A stretch of 64,000 bases of DNA. It comes from Candidatus Poribacteria bacterium (GTDB taxonomy: Bacteria; Poribacteria; WGA-4E; PCPOR2b). The translations under genes and the position numbers were made by a program. Each line of letters opens with the position of its first letter. Positions within the stretch are counted from its first letter, which is position 1. Positions 38,601 to 47,878 of this stretch are shown here, piece by piece. Location of the stretch: the NCBI GenBank assembly GCA_965208325.1, contig OZ242326.1, positions 2,176,001 to 2,240,000 of the forward strand, in the 5' to 3' direction. The notes under the pieces were generated by a model. It was not told the DNA's origin, did not search any database, and saw nothing but the letters and a program-made list of their open reading frames with translations.

Positions 38601-39024
38601 GGAAAGCGGCGGTGCAATTGCACTGGAATTGGATGACGGGATGGTTCCGCTCGCCGCGGAGGAGGTCATCATCCAGCACGAACAACCCGAAGGGCTGGCG
38701 GTCACCACGGAACAGGGGATGACGGTTGCTGTTGATACGCAACTTACTCCGGAACTAGTTTCGGAGGGATTGGCACGCGAGGTGGTGCGCCACATTCAGA
38801 ACTTGCGGAAAGCTGCCGATTTCAAGCTCGATGACCGCATTGTCACCACGTATCAGGCAGACCAAGAACTCATGCAGGTGATTGCCGATTGGTCGGCGTA
38901 CATTGCGAACGAAACGCTAAGCGTGGAATTACGCGCGGGGCAACCTATGGCAGAGGCTGCGCAGGCCGAAGACACCGTGTCCGGACTTCAGTTGAAATTA
39001 GGGGTGAGCCGGGCAGTTGTGTAG
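35653..39024 (+). CDS. ileS: Isoleucine--tRNA ligase, type 2
   Basis: DGPITANNPMGVHHAWGR, GFDCQGL, WTTTPWTL, DWMISKKRYWG, PMHKS, LSNWYVRRSRRRFW, KVRQPL; GAGGAAG RBS. Confidence 0.96.
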   Translation: MFKEVPNTVDFIAQEHQVLEFWRDSDAFNKLKALRQDGPRWSFIDGPITANNPMGVHHAWGRTYKDLYHRFKAMQGYQTRYQNGFDCQGLWVEVNVEREIGFKSKKDIESYGLAEFVNACKQTVLRYAATQTEQSIRLGYWMEWDDPQQLRYLEAKMAEDPSAIVTVEAPNGSVTDTAEQLVGRLGMPQLGGSYFTFSDENNYTIWSMLKSCFDRGWIYKGTDVMPWCTRCDTGISQHEIVTDGYRELSHKSIFLRFPLRNRPDESLLVWTTTPWTLTSNVAAAVHPDLSYVLVEQNGQRMWLGKGALENAIRGPFHVLEEKLGAALEGWTYDGPFDELPAQQTAGAAAQHRIVLWDEVGKAEGTGIVHVAPGCGAEDFELSKVQNLAVIAPLEAGGIYGEGFDWLTGRYVHTVTEEIFENLNQKGIVYRLEDYTHRYPVCWRCEEELVFRLVDEWYISMGEQFDKPYEEIAEAEKRQNLRYQMMEVVLNQTNWYPAFGRARELDWLRNMHDWMISKKRYWGLALPIYECGECSHFHVIGSREELKERAVDGWELFEGHTPHRPWIDAVKIACPQCSAPVSRIQDVGNPWLDAGIVTFSTLQYRTDRDYWQKWFPADLISESFPGQFRNWFYSLIAMSTVMAKHAPFRHIFTYATLFGEDGKPMHKSSPNVIWFDEAAEKMGVDVMRWMYCVAKPEQNLLFGYKRADEVRRQCLIPLWNLYSFLVTYANLDGWQPDSKLWAAYADNLHRNTLDRWILSRLQVTVREVTDGLETFEPDKACRAIERFLDDLSNWYVRRSRRRFWKSEADADKQSAYRTLYSVMVTFTHLLAPFVPFVTESIYQNLVRRVDPTAPESVHHVNWPQPHEALLDESLIKAMGTTRTVVTLGLAARASANLKVRQPLSRALVSLPDRQKLDDEMIVLITDELNVKSVEFVDDANQLLRYRLLPDNRILGPRFGARFPAVRRALDELSDQDTTEAVRQLESGGAIALELDDGMVPLAAEEVIIQHEQPEGLAVTTEQGMTVAVDTQLTPELVSEGLAREVVRHIQNLRKAADFKLDDRIVTTYQADQELMQVIADWSAYIANETLSVELRAGQPMAEAAQAEDTVSGLQLKLGVSRAVV

Positions 39025-39157
39025 CTCATGTGCCGAGGCAGATTTTTGGGTGGAAGGGCGGCACTTTCCCATCGGGCAAAACACATGCCAACGCTTCGGC
39101 GTCAAGTACGCGGCTATCTCGTCAAAACGACGCAAATTCCGAGTGTGGAGTATACCC

Positions 39158-41428
39158 TCAGCGATTCCAGAGATAAGAAATTTTGATGACGAAAACCCGG
39201 TCGTCCAATCTCAACTTTTCTTCTTCGGTTTGCCAATCTTCATTATACGCTAAAAATAGATGGCTTTTAGGGCTATATTCCCACCCGAACAGTACGCTGA
39301 CCAGATAATTCTTCTCGGTGTGCATCTTGTCATAGGAGATATGTTCGCGCCCAGCTTGGGTGAAAACCCTCAGAAATGCGTCCCGGGTAAATAGATAAGT
39401 GAAGCGCAGCGAACTTACCAAAAACCGTCCGTCAATGATGGATTTTTGATCCAAGCTCTGGGCGTAACTGCCCGAAAACACTGCGGTGATGTTACTCCGC
39501 GGCCGTACGGTGCTAAATATAGAGAACTGACGCTTCTTCCCAGCGGATTGCCTCGCAAAATTGTAAAAATCGCCCAACTCGCCCTCTAATCCCACCGATG
39601 CGGGTCGAGCACTGTTGGTTTCAACAAAAATTCCGTATTCGATTGCCGTGAATATGTCGGTTTGCTCGACCTCCCGCGCACGCCGATAATGCGCACCGAA
39701 GACATCTAAAATCGACTCCGTAAAATTCATACCCGCAGAAAAGTCTCCCTCCCAAGCGATTAAATCCTCTTCAAACTCCGGAGAAAGCGTGCTGTTTGGA
39801 ATGTTCTCTTGCCAATCGTTAAAATACGTTTCGGTGTAAAGCCCACGATGTGCGCCGCCGTGTCCCTCCAAAAATAACCGATGCGAACCCAACTGAGGCG
39901 TATAAGCCGCCTCGAAACTAACACCCTGTTCCCCGCGGTACATCTCCTTTTGTAAGAAACCTGTCTGATTGGTTTCAAATAAAGGCGCTATCCTTTCCAA
40001 TCCGATTGCGGCGTTCCAGAGATGATTTCGCTGCCCAATTTCGATGAGAAAGGCGCTGTTATTCGTGTCATCCCCCGGGTGAAAACTCTCACTGAATTGC
40101 GCCGACAATCGATACGTTTTGTGAAAGAGCAAGTTCGCATCTACGCCTCCCACACGGCTATGCCCACCCTGATTGTCATCAAGGTGTTCTTTGTTGGCGA
40201 TGATAAACCCAATATTTGAACGCTTCAGGATATCCTTTTTAAGCCGCAACGCTGAATACAGTACCGATTCATTGAATTCTGCCGGCCTTCCAAACCCGAA
40301 CACATCGAAACTGCCAGTTTGGCTGGTCAGAAATCCGATTGAGTAATCTCCAACCTTGCCGGTCATCTTTGTACCCCAGAGAATGTCCCCGCGGCTGCCA
40401 ATCCGGCGGCTGAAAAAGAGATCTAATGGGGTTTCAAAGAAGCTGTTCCCTTCGATGAAGAAAGGCCGCTTCTCCGGAAAGCGCGTCGGATAACGGGTCA
40501 GGTTTATTTCCAACTGGTCGGCTTCCACTTGGGCAAAATCGGGGTTAACGGTAAGGTTAGTCTTTAATGACTCTGTCAAGTTAAATTGAATATCTAAACC
40601 GGTACCTAGCTCATGGTCTACCCCTGCCTCCCCTTCAGAGATAGATTCTTTGCCGTTACCCTTAAACATGCCTCCTAAAAAGTAGGGAGAAATCTCTAAC
40701 TGTTTGCCGGCTTCGATATCTTGCACTCCCGTCAAGTGGCCCAAATCAGCCATCCGCGTAACAGCACCGGACTGGGTCATCTGCTTCCAGACGGTGACCT
40801 CATTCTTCCTCCGATTCACGCGCTCAACGTCAAATCCCCACACCGGTTGCCCCTTGGCTGCAAATCGAAAATTTGCAAACGGGATTTTAAACTCTGCAGT
40901 CCATCCAAGGTCATCCCGCTGCGTCTCAACCCACCAGATTCCCTTCCAGCTAGAATCCGACCGGGAATCATTATAACGATAGGCATCGCTTTGCACACCG
41001 CCGGGCGTGGTTGCGAACTTGTAACCGGTGCGGTGGTCATGATGCGGATCAAAGAAAAAGGAAATTACATCCGACTCATACACATTTCCGCGCCGGGTGA
41101 TGCGATTGATAATTTTATCGGGATCGGCATCGAAACAGCGGAATCCGACGTAGATATGATTATCGTCATAGGCGATAGCAAACGCCGTATCATCTGTCGC
41201 AGGCTGGCCGCGATTCGGAGTGAGTTGAATGAATTTGCTTACGAACCTTGTGATTTGCCACGCGGGATCATCCAATCGTCCATCAATTTTGGGCGGCGGA
41301 GTGTTTTCTATTCGGTGAGCTTCTACAATGTGTTTTCCTAATCCATCCTCATGGGCTTGCAACAGATTCGGGCTTAGGAACAACAACGGTAGGAGGAGGG
41401 CGGATAATTGACACCGACCTTTTTTCAC
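39158..41428 (-). CDS. CBM9-like plus DUF5916 domain outer-membrane protein
   Basis: Signal peptide; PKIDGRLDDPAW, GWTAEFKIPF, NLTVNPDFAQVEAD, FPEKRPFFIEG, FFSRRIG; ends KISYLWNR. Confidence 0.85.
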   Translation of the reverse strand: MKKGRCQLSALLLPLLFLSPNLLQAHEDGLGKHIVEAHRIENTPPPKIDGRLDDPAWQITRFVSKFIQLTPNRGQPATDDTAFAIAYDDNHIYVGFRCFDADPDKIINRITRRGNVYESDVISFFFDPHHDHRTGYKFATTPGGVQSDAYRYNDSRSDSSWKGIWWVETQRDDLGWTAEFKIPFANFRFAAKGQPVWGFDVERVNRRKNEVTVWKQMTQSGAVTRMADLGHLTGVQDIEAGKQLEISPYFLGGMFKGNGKESISEGEAGVDHELGTGLDIQFNLTESLKTNLTVNPDFAQVEADQLEINLTRYPTRFPEKRPFFIEGNSFFETPLDLFFSRRIGSRGDILWGTKMTGKVGDYSIGFLTSQTGSFDVFGFGRPAEFNESVLYSALRLKKDILKRSNIGFIIANKEHLDDNQGGHSRVGGVDANLLFHKTYRLSAQFSESFHPGDDTNNSAFLIEIGQRNHLWNAAIGLERIAPLFETNQTGFLQKEMYRGEQGVSFEAAYTPQLGSHRLFLEGHGGAHRGLYTETYFNDWQENIPNSTLSPEFEEDLIAWEGDFSAGMNFTESILDVFGAHYRRAREVEQTDIFTAIEYGIFVETNSARPASVGLEGELGDFYNFARQSAGKKRQFSIFSTVRPRSNITAVFSGSYAQSLDQKSIIDGRFLVSSLRFTYLFTRDAFLRVFTQAGREHISYDKMHTEKNYLVSVLFGWEYSPKSHLFLAYNEDWQTEEEKLRLDDRVFVIKISYLWNR

Positions 41429-41482
41429 TGCGCAACCTCATCGTGATACAAGATCAGTGCAAAAGCATCTGAGAGAGGTGAG

Positions 41483-42706
41483 TTAATCATCCAGCGGGTT
41501 AAGACCTGATTTTGAATACTGCGCCAGCTGCTCTGAACCGATAATCTTGAATTTGCCGTTGTTCTGGTCCGTCAATGAGACCAACAGTTGAGCTCCCATC
41601 GAACGCTGTAGATTTATTTCAAGTCCGACGACATAAATGCTCGCATCGTTGACATTTTTCGCTCTGACGGTCTCAAGGATTTTCCTAGAATCTGTTTCAA
41701 TATGGCCTTGCTTACCGCGTCCCGCTGTTGGAAGTCCGTCAGTGACCAATACGATGATTGATGTGTCGATTTCAAGGGCTTTTTCAACGGCTGCGAGGAG
41801 ATTTGTGCCTTGATAATTCACGATGCGTTCAGGGGTAAATCGATTGAGGTATTTCGACGCTTTTTCAATGTTCTCAATCGTTGCGGGCAGCAGCGAATTG
41901 CTCATCAGCGTCGCATTAGCCGAAAACGTGACAATATTGAAATAGTCATCGCTGCCAAGCGAAAACATCGATTCTTTAATCGATTCGAGCGCTAGCTCAA
42001 GCTTCTTCAATCCTGCCGCTTGCATGCTTGCAGAGACATCTAGGCAATAGACGATGTTTTGCGGGCCTTCAAACTCGTCAAGAAAGTCAATGATTCCCAA
42101 TTTATCGCCGATTCCCGAATTTCCACCCCCGCCAAGCAGCCCGTCAATGGAATCGCCGTAAGAATCAACACCGAACATCCCGTTGCGCTGCCCGGGTACC
42201 CGCACACGACCCGTGACCTTGCCCTGCCCGTCCACCGGTCCAGGGTGGGAAACGAGCCGTTCAAGATTTGATGCTTCAGCGTCACGGAGTTGGGCGTCCG
42301 TCATTATATCGGGAATCTTCTCACTTGGCGCTGCCGTGTTGACTTCGATATTTTTGTACACAATCCGTTCACTGAGACGCATGACTTCTCGAATCTTGTT
42401 AGGTGAGGATTCGGCGAGTTTGTTTTTTGCCGCGCGCGCAAGCAGTTCATCGGGTCTGCGGACTGTCTTTTTTAACGGCGGTTTGGTCTTAGGCTGCCGC
42501 AGTTTCAGTTTAGGTAAGTCCTTGACCCATTCCACGGCTATGCTATCTTCGTCTTTGACAGGTTTCTGCTGAAGGACAAAAAGATATATGATTACAGCGA
42601 TGAGGTGAAAGATTAACGACAGAAGCAGCGCCGAACGCCTCCGAGTTTTGCTGCGCTCAATCTGCTCTTGTCTGGCAGCCAAGGTTGTCAATTGTAACGA
42701 AGTCAT
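41483..42706 (-). CDS. Membrane-anchored VWA domain protein
   Basis: N-terminal TM LLSLIFHLIAV; MIDAS DVSAS, GTNL, VTDGLP. Confidence 0.85.
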   Translation of the reverse strand: MTSLQLTTLAARQEQIERSKTRRRSALLLSLIFHLIAVIIYLFVLQQKPVKDEDSIAVEWVKDLPKLKLRQPKTKPPLKKTVRRPDELLARAAKNKLAESSPNKIREVMRLSERIVYKNIEVNTAAPSEKIPDIMTDAQLRDAEASNLERLVSHPGPVDGQGKVTGRVRVPGQRNGMFGVDSYGDSIDGLLGGGGNSGIGDKLGIIDFLDEFEGPQNIVYCLDVSASMQAAGLKKLELALESIKESMFSLGSDDYFNIVTFSANATLMSNSLLPATIENIEKASKYLNRFTPERIVNYQGTNLLAAVEKALEIDTSIIVLVTDGLPTAGRGKQGHIETDSRKILETVRAKNVNDASIYVVGLEINLQRSMGAQLLVSLTDQNNGKFKIIGSEQLAQYSKSGLNPLDD

Positions 42707-42834
42707 GGTAGCCTCCTGAATTCATCCGGCAAACCGTTAAAACTAGTCATCGATAATTGATTGCTGCGGCTTGGTGAAGAATTTACATAACGGTAAACGG
42801 ATCGTCCATGCGACGCTTAGTTCACCGCATCAAC

Positions 42835-44205
42835 TCAAATCTGCATCCGCTCCCACCGGTTGCCGCGGAAGCGCAAAAAGTAAGTTAATCCAAGGATAAT
42901 AATATAAACCGTAGCCCCTCCCCATGCGCCCACAACGCCGTATCCTAATACGACGCCAATCCCATAAGCGAGCGGAAGGAATAATAACCATGCGTAACCG
43001 ATGCCGACCCACATTGTGAAAAGCGTATCTCCCGCGCCTTCAAGCGCGCCTACCGAACAGATTCCGAATGCATCTGCGATTTGGAAAATTGCGGCAAAAT
43101 ATAGAATAAACTTGCCAATCCGCACGACCTCCGCGTCTAATGTAACCAACGAGAACAGCCATTCCGGCACTGTAAAAAATACAACCGCCGCCACGAGGGT
43201 GTAAGCGATTCCCATCTTTATTGTGGTGTAGCCGCTTTTCCGGGCGTAATGCAGTTGATTGGATCCGATATATTGTCCAACTAATGTTGTCGCGGCTCGA
43301 GAGATTCCGTGGAGCGGCATAAACACTGTGGAAATCAAAGTGATTACCGCGGTATTCGCCGCAAGCGCAACATCGCTCATCTGCCCGATAAAAGCGGTGA
43401 ATACCGTAAAACTCAATAGGTCCAAGAAAGACTGAACCCCCATCGGCGCACCAATTCGGAGAATTCGGCGCAATTCGCTGAAATTAATCTGAAAACTGGA
43501 GCGTGTTTTGAAGGCTTGGTCGGATTTCCGTGATAGGAAAACGGCGAGATAGCCAATTGCCGCCACGATGCCCGCGATTACCGTTGCAATGGCGGCACCC
43601 GCGACTTCAAGCCTAGGGAAACCGAAATGTCCAAATATCAGCACATAGTCGAGGACGATGTTGATAATATTCGCAACAAGCTCAATCCACATCGGGGTTT
43701 GCGTGTCGCCGATGCCGCGCAGAAAGCCGCCCACCCCGAATGAAATGAATAGATTAATCCCACCGTACAACCGAATTTGTGCGTAGATGCCCCCCAACCG
43801 TTGAACTTCGTCAGAAGGGTTCATCACCGCAAACAAAAATCCCGCGACTCGACTCAGCAGCAATACGACAAGGTACGATCCCAACGCCAAGTAAAGCCCC
43901 TGCCAAGTTGCAACGGCGACACCGTGCCGATCTTCGGAACCGTAACGTTGTGCGACGAAGGTATTGATGCTGAAGAGCAAACCGTTAAAAAAAGAAAACA
44001 GCGTCCACGTCAATAATCCCGCAAACCCGACAGCCGCTAGTTCTACAGCGCCGAGCCGTCCCACCATTGCCGTGTCAACAAACATCATCACGGTACGCGA
44101 CATCATCGTGATAACAACGGGATACCCCAACATCCAGACTTCACGATAGCCGCCGGGAGCGATTGCAGGCTTTTTGCTATTCAGTTGGTCTTCGTTTTGG
44201 TGCAC
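42835..44205 (-). CDS. MATE family efflux transporter
   Basis: VDTAMVGRLG, FLRGIGDTQTPM, LDYVLIFGHFGFPRLEVAGAAIAT, ALEGAGDT. Confidence 0.92.
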   Translation of the reverse strand: MHQNEDQLNSKKPAIAPGGYREVWMLGYPVVITMMSRTVMMFVDTAMVGRLGAVELAAVGFAGLLTWTLFSFFNGLLFSINTFVAQRYGSEDRHGVAVATWQGLYLALGSYLVVLLLSRVAGFLFAVMNPSDEVQRLGGIYAQIRLYGGINLFISFGVGGFLRGIGDTQTPMWIELVANIINIVLDYVLIFGHFGFPRLEVAGAAIATVIAGIVAAIGYLAVFLSRKSDQAFKTRSSFQINFSELRRILRIGAPMGVQSFLDLLSFTVFTAFIGQMSDVALAANTAVITLISTVFMPLHGISRAATTLVGQYIGSNQLHYARKSGYTTIKMGIAYTLVAAVVFFTVPEWLFSLVTLDAEVVRIGKFILYFAAIFQIADAFGICSVGALEGAGDTLFTMWVGIGYAWLLFLPLAYGIGVVLGYGVVGAWGGATVYIIILGLTYFLRFRGNRWERMQI

Positions 44206-44223
44206 TCATTCCTTCCTATGCAA

Positions 44224-44790
44224 TCAGCCCCTATCGTATAAGTTTCGACGAAATACGCCGCTGTCTCGTTTACATGCATCGTCTGTCAACCCATTTCTTT
44301 CAAACATGTCAATCCATTTTTCTCCTCTGGGAGTCAATTCATAATAGGTGTGATTCCGGTGCTTCATCCATTTTCCTTTGACGATATTCTTGCGGTATTG
44401 AATGATTCGTTTTTCGACGCGTTTCAAACCGCCAATCGCCTTTAATTTCCGATGTTGTTTGTAAGTTTCTTCAAGTGCGATTCCGAGTGCTTCGGAGACA
44501 GCGATTGAGTAGTCTATCCCAAATTTTTGATGATGCTTGAGTATAAGGTAATCTATCTCATCTAGCGTGCCAAACACCGAATCAGCTTCATCTGGTTCCG
44601 AAGTCGATGCGGCAGCCTGAATTTCCTGCCATGTCACACTGAGGAGTCGTTCTTGCCGAAGGTGTTTTAACGATGCACAACCGGATAGGTGGACAGCGAT
44701 GGCACCGTCTTCCTTGAAGTATCCGATAACGCGGCATCCAACTTGCGGCGAGCAACACTTGGCGAGTGCGTAGGTGAGTTCTTCAGTCAT
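44224..44790 (-). CDS. RelA/SpoT zinc-finger (RIS/ZFD)-like domain fused to a DUF2250-like winged helix
   Basis: LAKCCSP...VIGY...IAVH..GC...ERLLSVTW, then ILKH.QKFGIDY...KHRNHTYYELTPRGE. Confidence 0.7.
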   Translation of the reverse strand: MTEELTYALAKCCSPQVGCRVIGYFKEDGAIAVHLSGCASLKHLRQERLLSVTWQEIQAAASTSEPDEADSVFGTLDEIDYLILKHHQKFGIDYSIAVSEALGIALEETYKQHRKLKAIGGLKRVEKRIIQYRKNIVKGKWMKHRNHTYYELTPRGEKWIDMFERNGLTDDACKRDSGVFRRNLYDRG

Positions 44791-44826
44791 TCATTTTACC
44801 ACTTTAGTCAGATATGCATTCACGTC

Positions 44827-46107
44827 TCACGAATCTCTGCCCAACACCCGATGTCCAATGTCCTTCCGAAAATGGGCAGCGTCAAAGTGGATTTCTGCGA
44901 CGCCGAGATATGCGCGGCTGATTGCTTCGCTGACGTCACTTGCCAGCGCCGTGACGCCTAACACTCGCCCGCCGTTGGTGACGATGCGTCCACTATCCGA
45001 CTGTGTACCAGCGTGAAAGACGGTTACGCCTTCCAATGAGTTCGCAGCCTCCAGTCCGGTGATTGCTTTACCGCTCTCGTATGCATCGGGATAACCGCCG
45101 GATGCCATAACTACGCTCACCGCCGCGCCGGGTTTCCATTCGACTGAAATCTCATCCAATCCTCCGTCCACGCACGCGTTAAGCAGTGGAACCAGATCGC
45201 TCTCCATTCTCGGCAGCAGCACCTGCGCTTCCGGATCGCCCAAACGGCAATTGAACTCCAATACTTTCACTTCTGACCCGTCAATCATTAAGCCGACATA
45301 CAACACACCTCTGAATGGACGCCCCGCTTCACGCATCGCCCTGATAGTCGGATAAACAACCGTGTTCATGACTTGCGAGTGAATTTCAGGGGTGATGGCA
45401 GGCGCCGGTGAATAAGCGCCCATGCCGCCGGTGTTCTTTCCTCGGTCTCCATCCAGCGCCGGCTTGTGATCTTGAGAGCTGACTAATGGGATGCAATGCA
45501 CACCGTCGGTCAACACGGTAAAGGAAGCCTCCTCGCCAACCAGCAACTCTTCGATGACGACCTTATTCCCCGCGCTGCCGAAGGCACGATGAACCATAAT
45601 CTGCTCAACAGCACTGATGGCTTCATCCTGCGTACGGCCGCTAATGGCGCCCTTGCCTGCGGCGAGGCCATCCGCCTTGACAAAGACAGGTGTGTTTATC
45701 CCTTTGAGATACGCGACGGCGGCATCAGGACTGTCGAATGTGCGGTGTGCCGCCGTCGGGATGTTGTTGTCAATCATTAACTGCTTGGCGAAGTCCTTAC
45801 TGGCTTCCAGTATTGCCGCCTTCCGATTGGGTCCGAACGCTCGAAGTCCGCGTTCAAGAAAGACATCGACTAAACCGTTCGCCAAAGGCAGCTCTGGCCC
45901 CACAATAGTCAGATCTATCTTTTCCGTTTCGGCGAAGTCCGCGAGTTCAGCGAAGTTGTTTTCCAAGCGAATCGACCGGCAGTCGGCGATTTGCGCGATA
46001 CCGGGGTTTCCGGGCACGCAATATACTTTTTCAACAACCGCGCTCTGCGCAATCTTCCATGCGATGACGTGCTCTCTTCCGCCGCTGCCAATAACCAGAA
46101 CTCTCAT
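44827..46107 (-). CDS. purD: Phosphoribosylamine--glycine ligase
   Basis: MRVLVIGSGGREH, KADGLAAGKG, NTGGMGAYSP, EFNCRLGDPE, TNGGRVL. Confidence 0.97.
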   Translation of the reverse strand: MRVLVIGSGGREHVIAWKIAQSAVVEKVYCVPGNPGIAQIADCRSIRLENNFAELADFAETEKIDLTIVGPELPLANGLVDVFLERGLRAFGPNRKAAILEASKDFAKQLMIDNNIPTAAHRTFDSPDAAVAYLKGINTPVFVKADGLAAGKGAISGRTQDEAISAVEQIMVHRAFGSAGNKVVIEELLVGEEASFTVLTDGVHCIPLVSSQDHKPALDGDRGKNTGGMGAYSPAPAITPEIHSQVMNTVVYPTIRAMREAGRPFRGVLYVGLMIDGSEVKVLEFNCRLGDPEAQVLLPRMESDLVPLLNACVDGGLDEISVEWKPGAAVSVVMASGGYPDAYESGKAITGLEAANSLEGVTVFHAGTQSDSGRIVTNGGRVLGVTALASDVSEAISRAYLGVAEIHFDAAHFRKDIGHRVLGRDS

Positions 46108-46176
46108 TGCTCACCTTCTAATTTTCTGAGGTTCTTTTCCTCACGCCAATAAACGCCAAATTTTCAAAGTTGTCGG

Positions 46177-47271
46177 TTAGATTGCCTCATGTGCGAAGAG
46201 TGCATCAACAAAATCGCGCGGAACAAAGTCGCGTAAATCGTCCAATTTTTCCCCGATTCCTATCAGTTTGACGGGCGCACCGATTTCTTCCTTCACGGCA
46301 ATGACAATGCCGCCCTTTGCGGTACCGTCCAGCTTTGTCACGGCAACGCCTGTAACGGGCACGGTTTCATTAAAGGTTTTCGCCTGCATAATTGCATTCT
46401 GGCCGGCTGTCCCGTCGATGACGAGCAGGACTTCATGCGGGGCGTCCGGCAGCCCGCGCGACATGACTCTCCCGATCTTCGATAGCTGATCCATCAAGGG
46501 CTTCTTCGTATGAAGCCGTCCTGCGGTATCGACGAGAAGCACATCGACCTGCCGAGCCTTCGCAGCTTGGACGGCATCAAAGACAACCGATGCAGGGTCT
46601 GAACCGTGGCTGCCTCTAATCAGTTCGCTGCCGGTGCGATTGCACCAAATCGCCAATTGATCTTCGGCAGCGGCGCGGAAGGTATCTCCTGCGGCGACGA
46701 GCACACGCTTTTCCTCGGATTTGAATCGATGTGCGAGTTTGCCGATTGTCGTCGTTTTGCCAGAACCGTTAACGCCTAAAATCAGAATGGCATACGGCCG
46801 CCGACCCTCGACATCAATGCCCGCTTCCGATTCTCCGAGTACATTCAGTATTTCCCCTTTGAGAATCTCTTCCAATTCGGACGGATGTTTTAACCCCTTT
46901 CCATTGACTGTCTCACGGACGTTATTCATCAACTTTGCCGTCGTATTTACGCCAACATCGGCTTGAATCAAGATTGCCTCGATTTCATCCAGTAAATCTT
47001 CATCAATACGGTTGCCGCTGCGCAGAAGGCTGCCGATTTGACCGATAAGTTGACTCCGTGTTTTTGACAGTCCCGCCTTAAGTCGGCCGAACCAGTTGCG
47101 TTCCGCATCGACCGATGAATCAGTCTGCCGGAATGATTGCGTGCCGGGTTTCTCAGGAGGAATCTCTACCGTGTCAGGAGAATTTGCCGAATTCACGGAT
47201 TCCTCCGGCACCGTCTGTGTCTGTTCTTGTGCTTCGTTATTCTTTTTTCGTTTGAATGGGTTCTTTATCAT
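46177..47271 (-). CDS. ftsY: SRP receptor FtsY
   Basis: GVNGSGKTTTIGKLA, DTFRAAA, DTAGRLH, TKLDGTAKGG. Confidence 0.97.
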   Translation of the reverse strand: MIKNPFKRKKNNEAQEQTQTVPEESVNSANSPDTVEIPPEKPGTQSFRQTDSSVDAERNWFGRLKAGLSKTRSQLIGQIGSLLRSGNRIDEDLLDEIEAILIQADVGVNTTAKLMNNVRETVNGKGLKHPSELEEILKGEILNVLGESEAGIDVEGRRPYAILILGVNGSGKTTTIGKLAHRFKSEEKRVLVAAGDTFRAAAEDQLAIWCNRTGSELIRGSHGSDPASVVFDAVQAAKARQVDVLLVDTAGRLHTKKPLMDQLSKIGRVMSRGLPDAPHEVLLVIDGTAGQNAIMQAKTFNETVPVTGVAVTKLDGTAKGGIVIAVKEEIGAPVKLIGIGEKLDDLRDFVPRDFVDALFAHEAI

Positions 47272-47315
47272 TGACGCCTTTCACATGAGCGGAATTAAAT
47301 GGGATGTATTCCTCG

Positions 47316-47741
47316 TTAAGGACGATTGATTATCCCCGACTCCACGGCGACCTTCGCCTTACGTTCCGGTCTTTCATGAAGATGTCCATGTCCGGGCAGC
47401 GCAATTCCCACCCGCACGGATGGTTTGTCGCCTTTGGGGAATATGTGGTGGAAACACCGAGCCGGGACATAGACAAAATCCCCCGCGGATGCCTTTACCG
47501 GCCTATCTTCGCGCCCCTCAATGACCCATTCAATCTCGCCCTCAAGCACGACCCACCACTCGTCGTAATCGTGGCAATGACGGTCGTTTATATGTCCCGG
47601 ATTCTGGTAAATCACCACGCCTACCACGTGCTCTGCCAGGACCACTGGGTGGGACCAAGGCGGAGGACCCATCATCTTCTTAATGTCTTCAAGACTGATG
47701 TTATTTAGCGCATCGCTAAGAATCGGCGTTTTCAACGGCAT
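47316..47741 (-). CDS. Cupin domain protein
   Basis: RHCHDYDEWWVVLEGE and GDFVYVPARCFHHI. Confidence 0.85.
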   Translation of the reverse strand: MPLKTPILSDALNNISLEDIKKMMGPPPWSHPVVLAEHVVGVVIYQNPGHINDRHCHDYDEWWVVLEGEIEWVIEGREDRPVKASAGDFVYVPARCFHHIFPKGDKPSVRVGIALPGHGHLHERPERKAKVAVESGIINRP

Positions 47742-47793
47742 GGATTTCTACTTTGCAGTTTTTAAACATCGGCAAATTCAACCTTAAAGTAAA

Positions 47794-47826
47794 GAAGGCT
47801 GAAGGGTAGGAAAACCTTCAGCCTTC
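47794..47826 (-). terminator. 12-bp perfect hairpin, probable terminator
   Basis: GAAGGCTGAAGG/CCTTCAGCCTTC followed on the minus strand by TTTACTTT. Confidence 0.5.
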
Positions 47827-47878
47827 ATGAGCTTATCGCTTCATTCCCGATATAACTTCGTGTCGGGAGCGGCGAACT

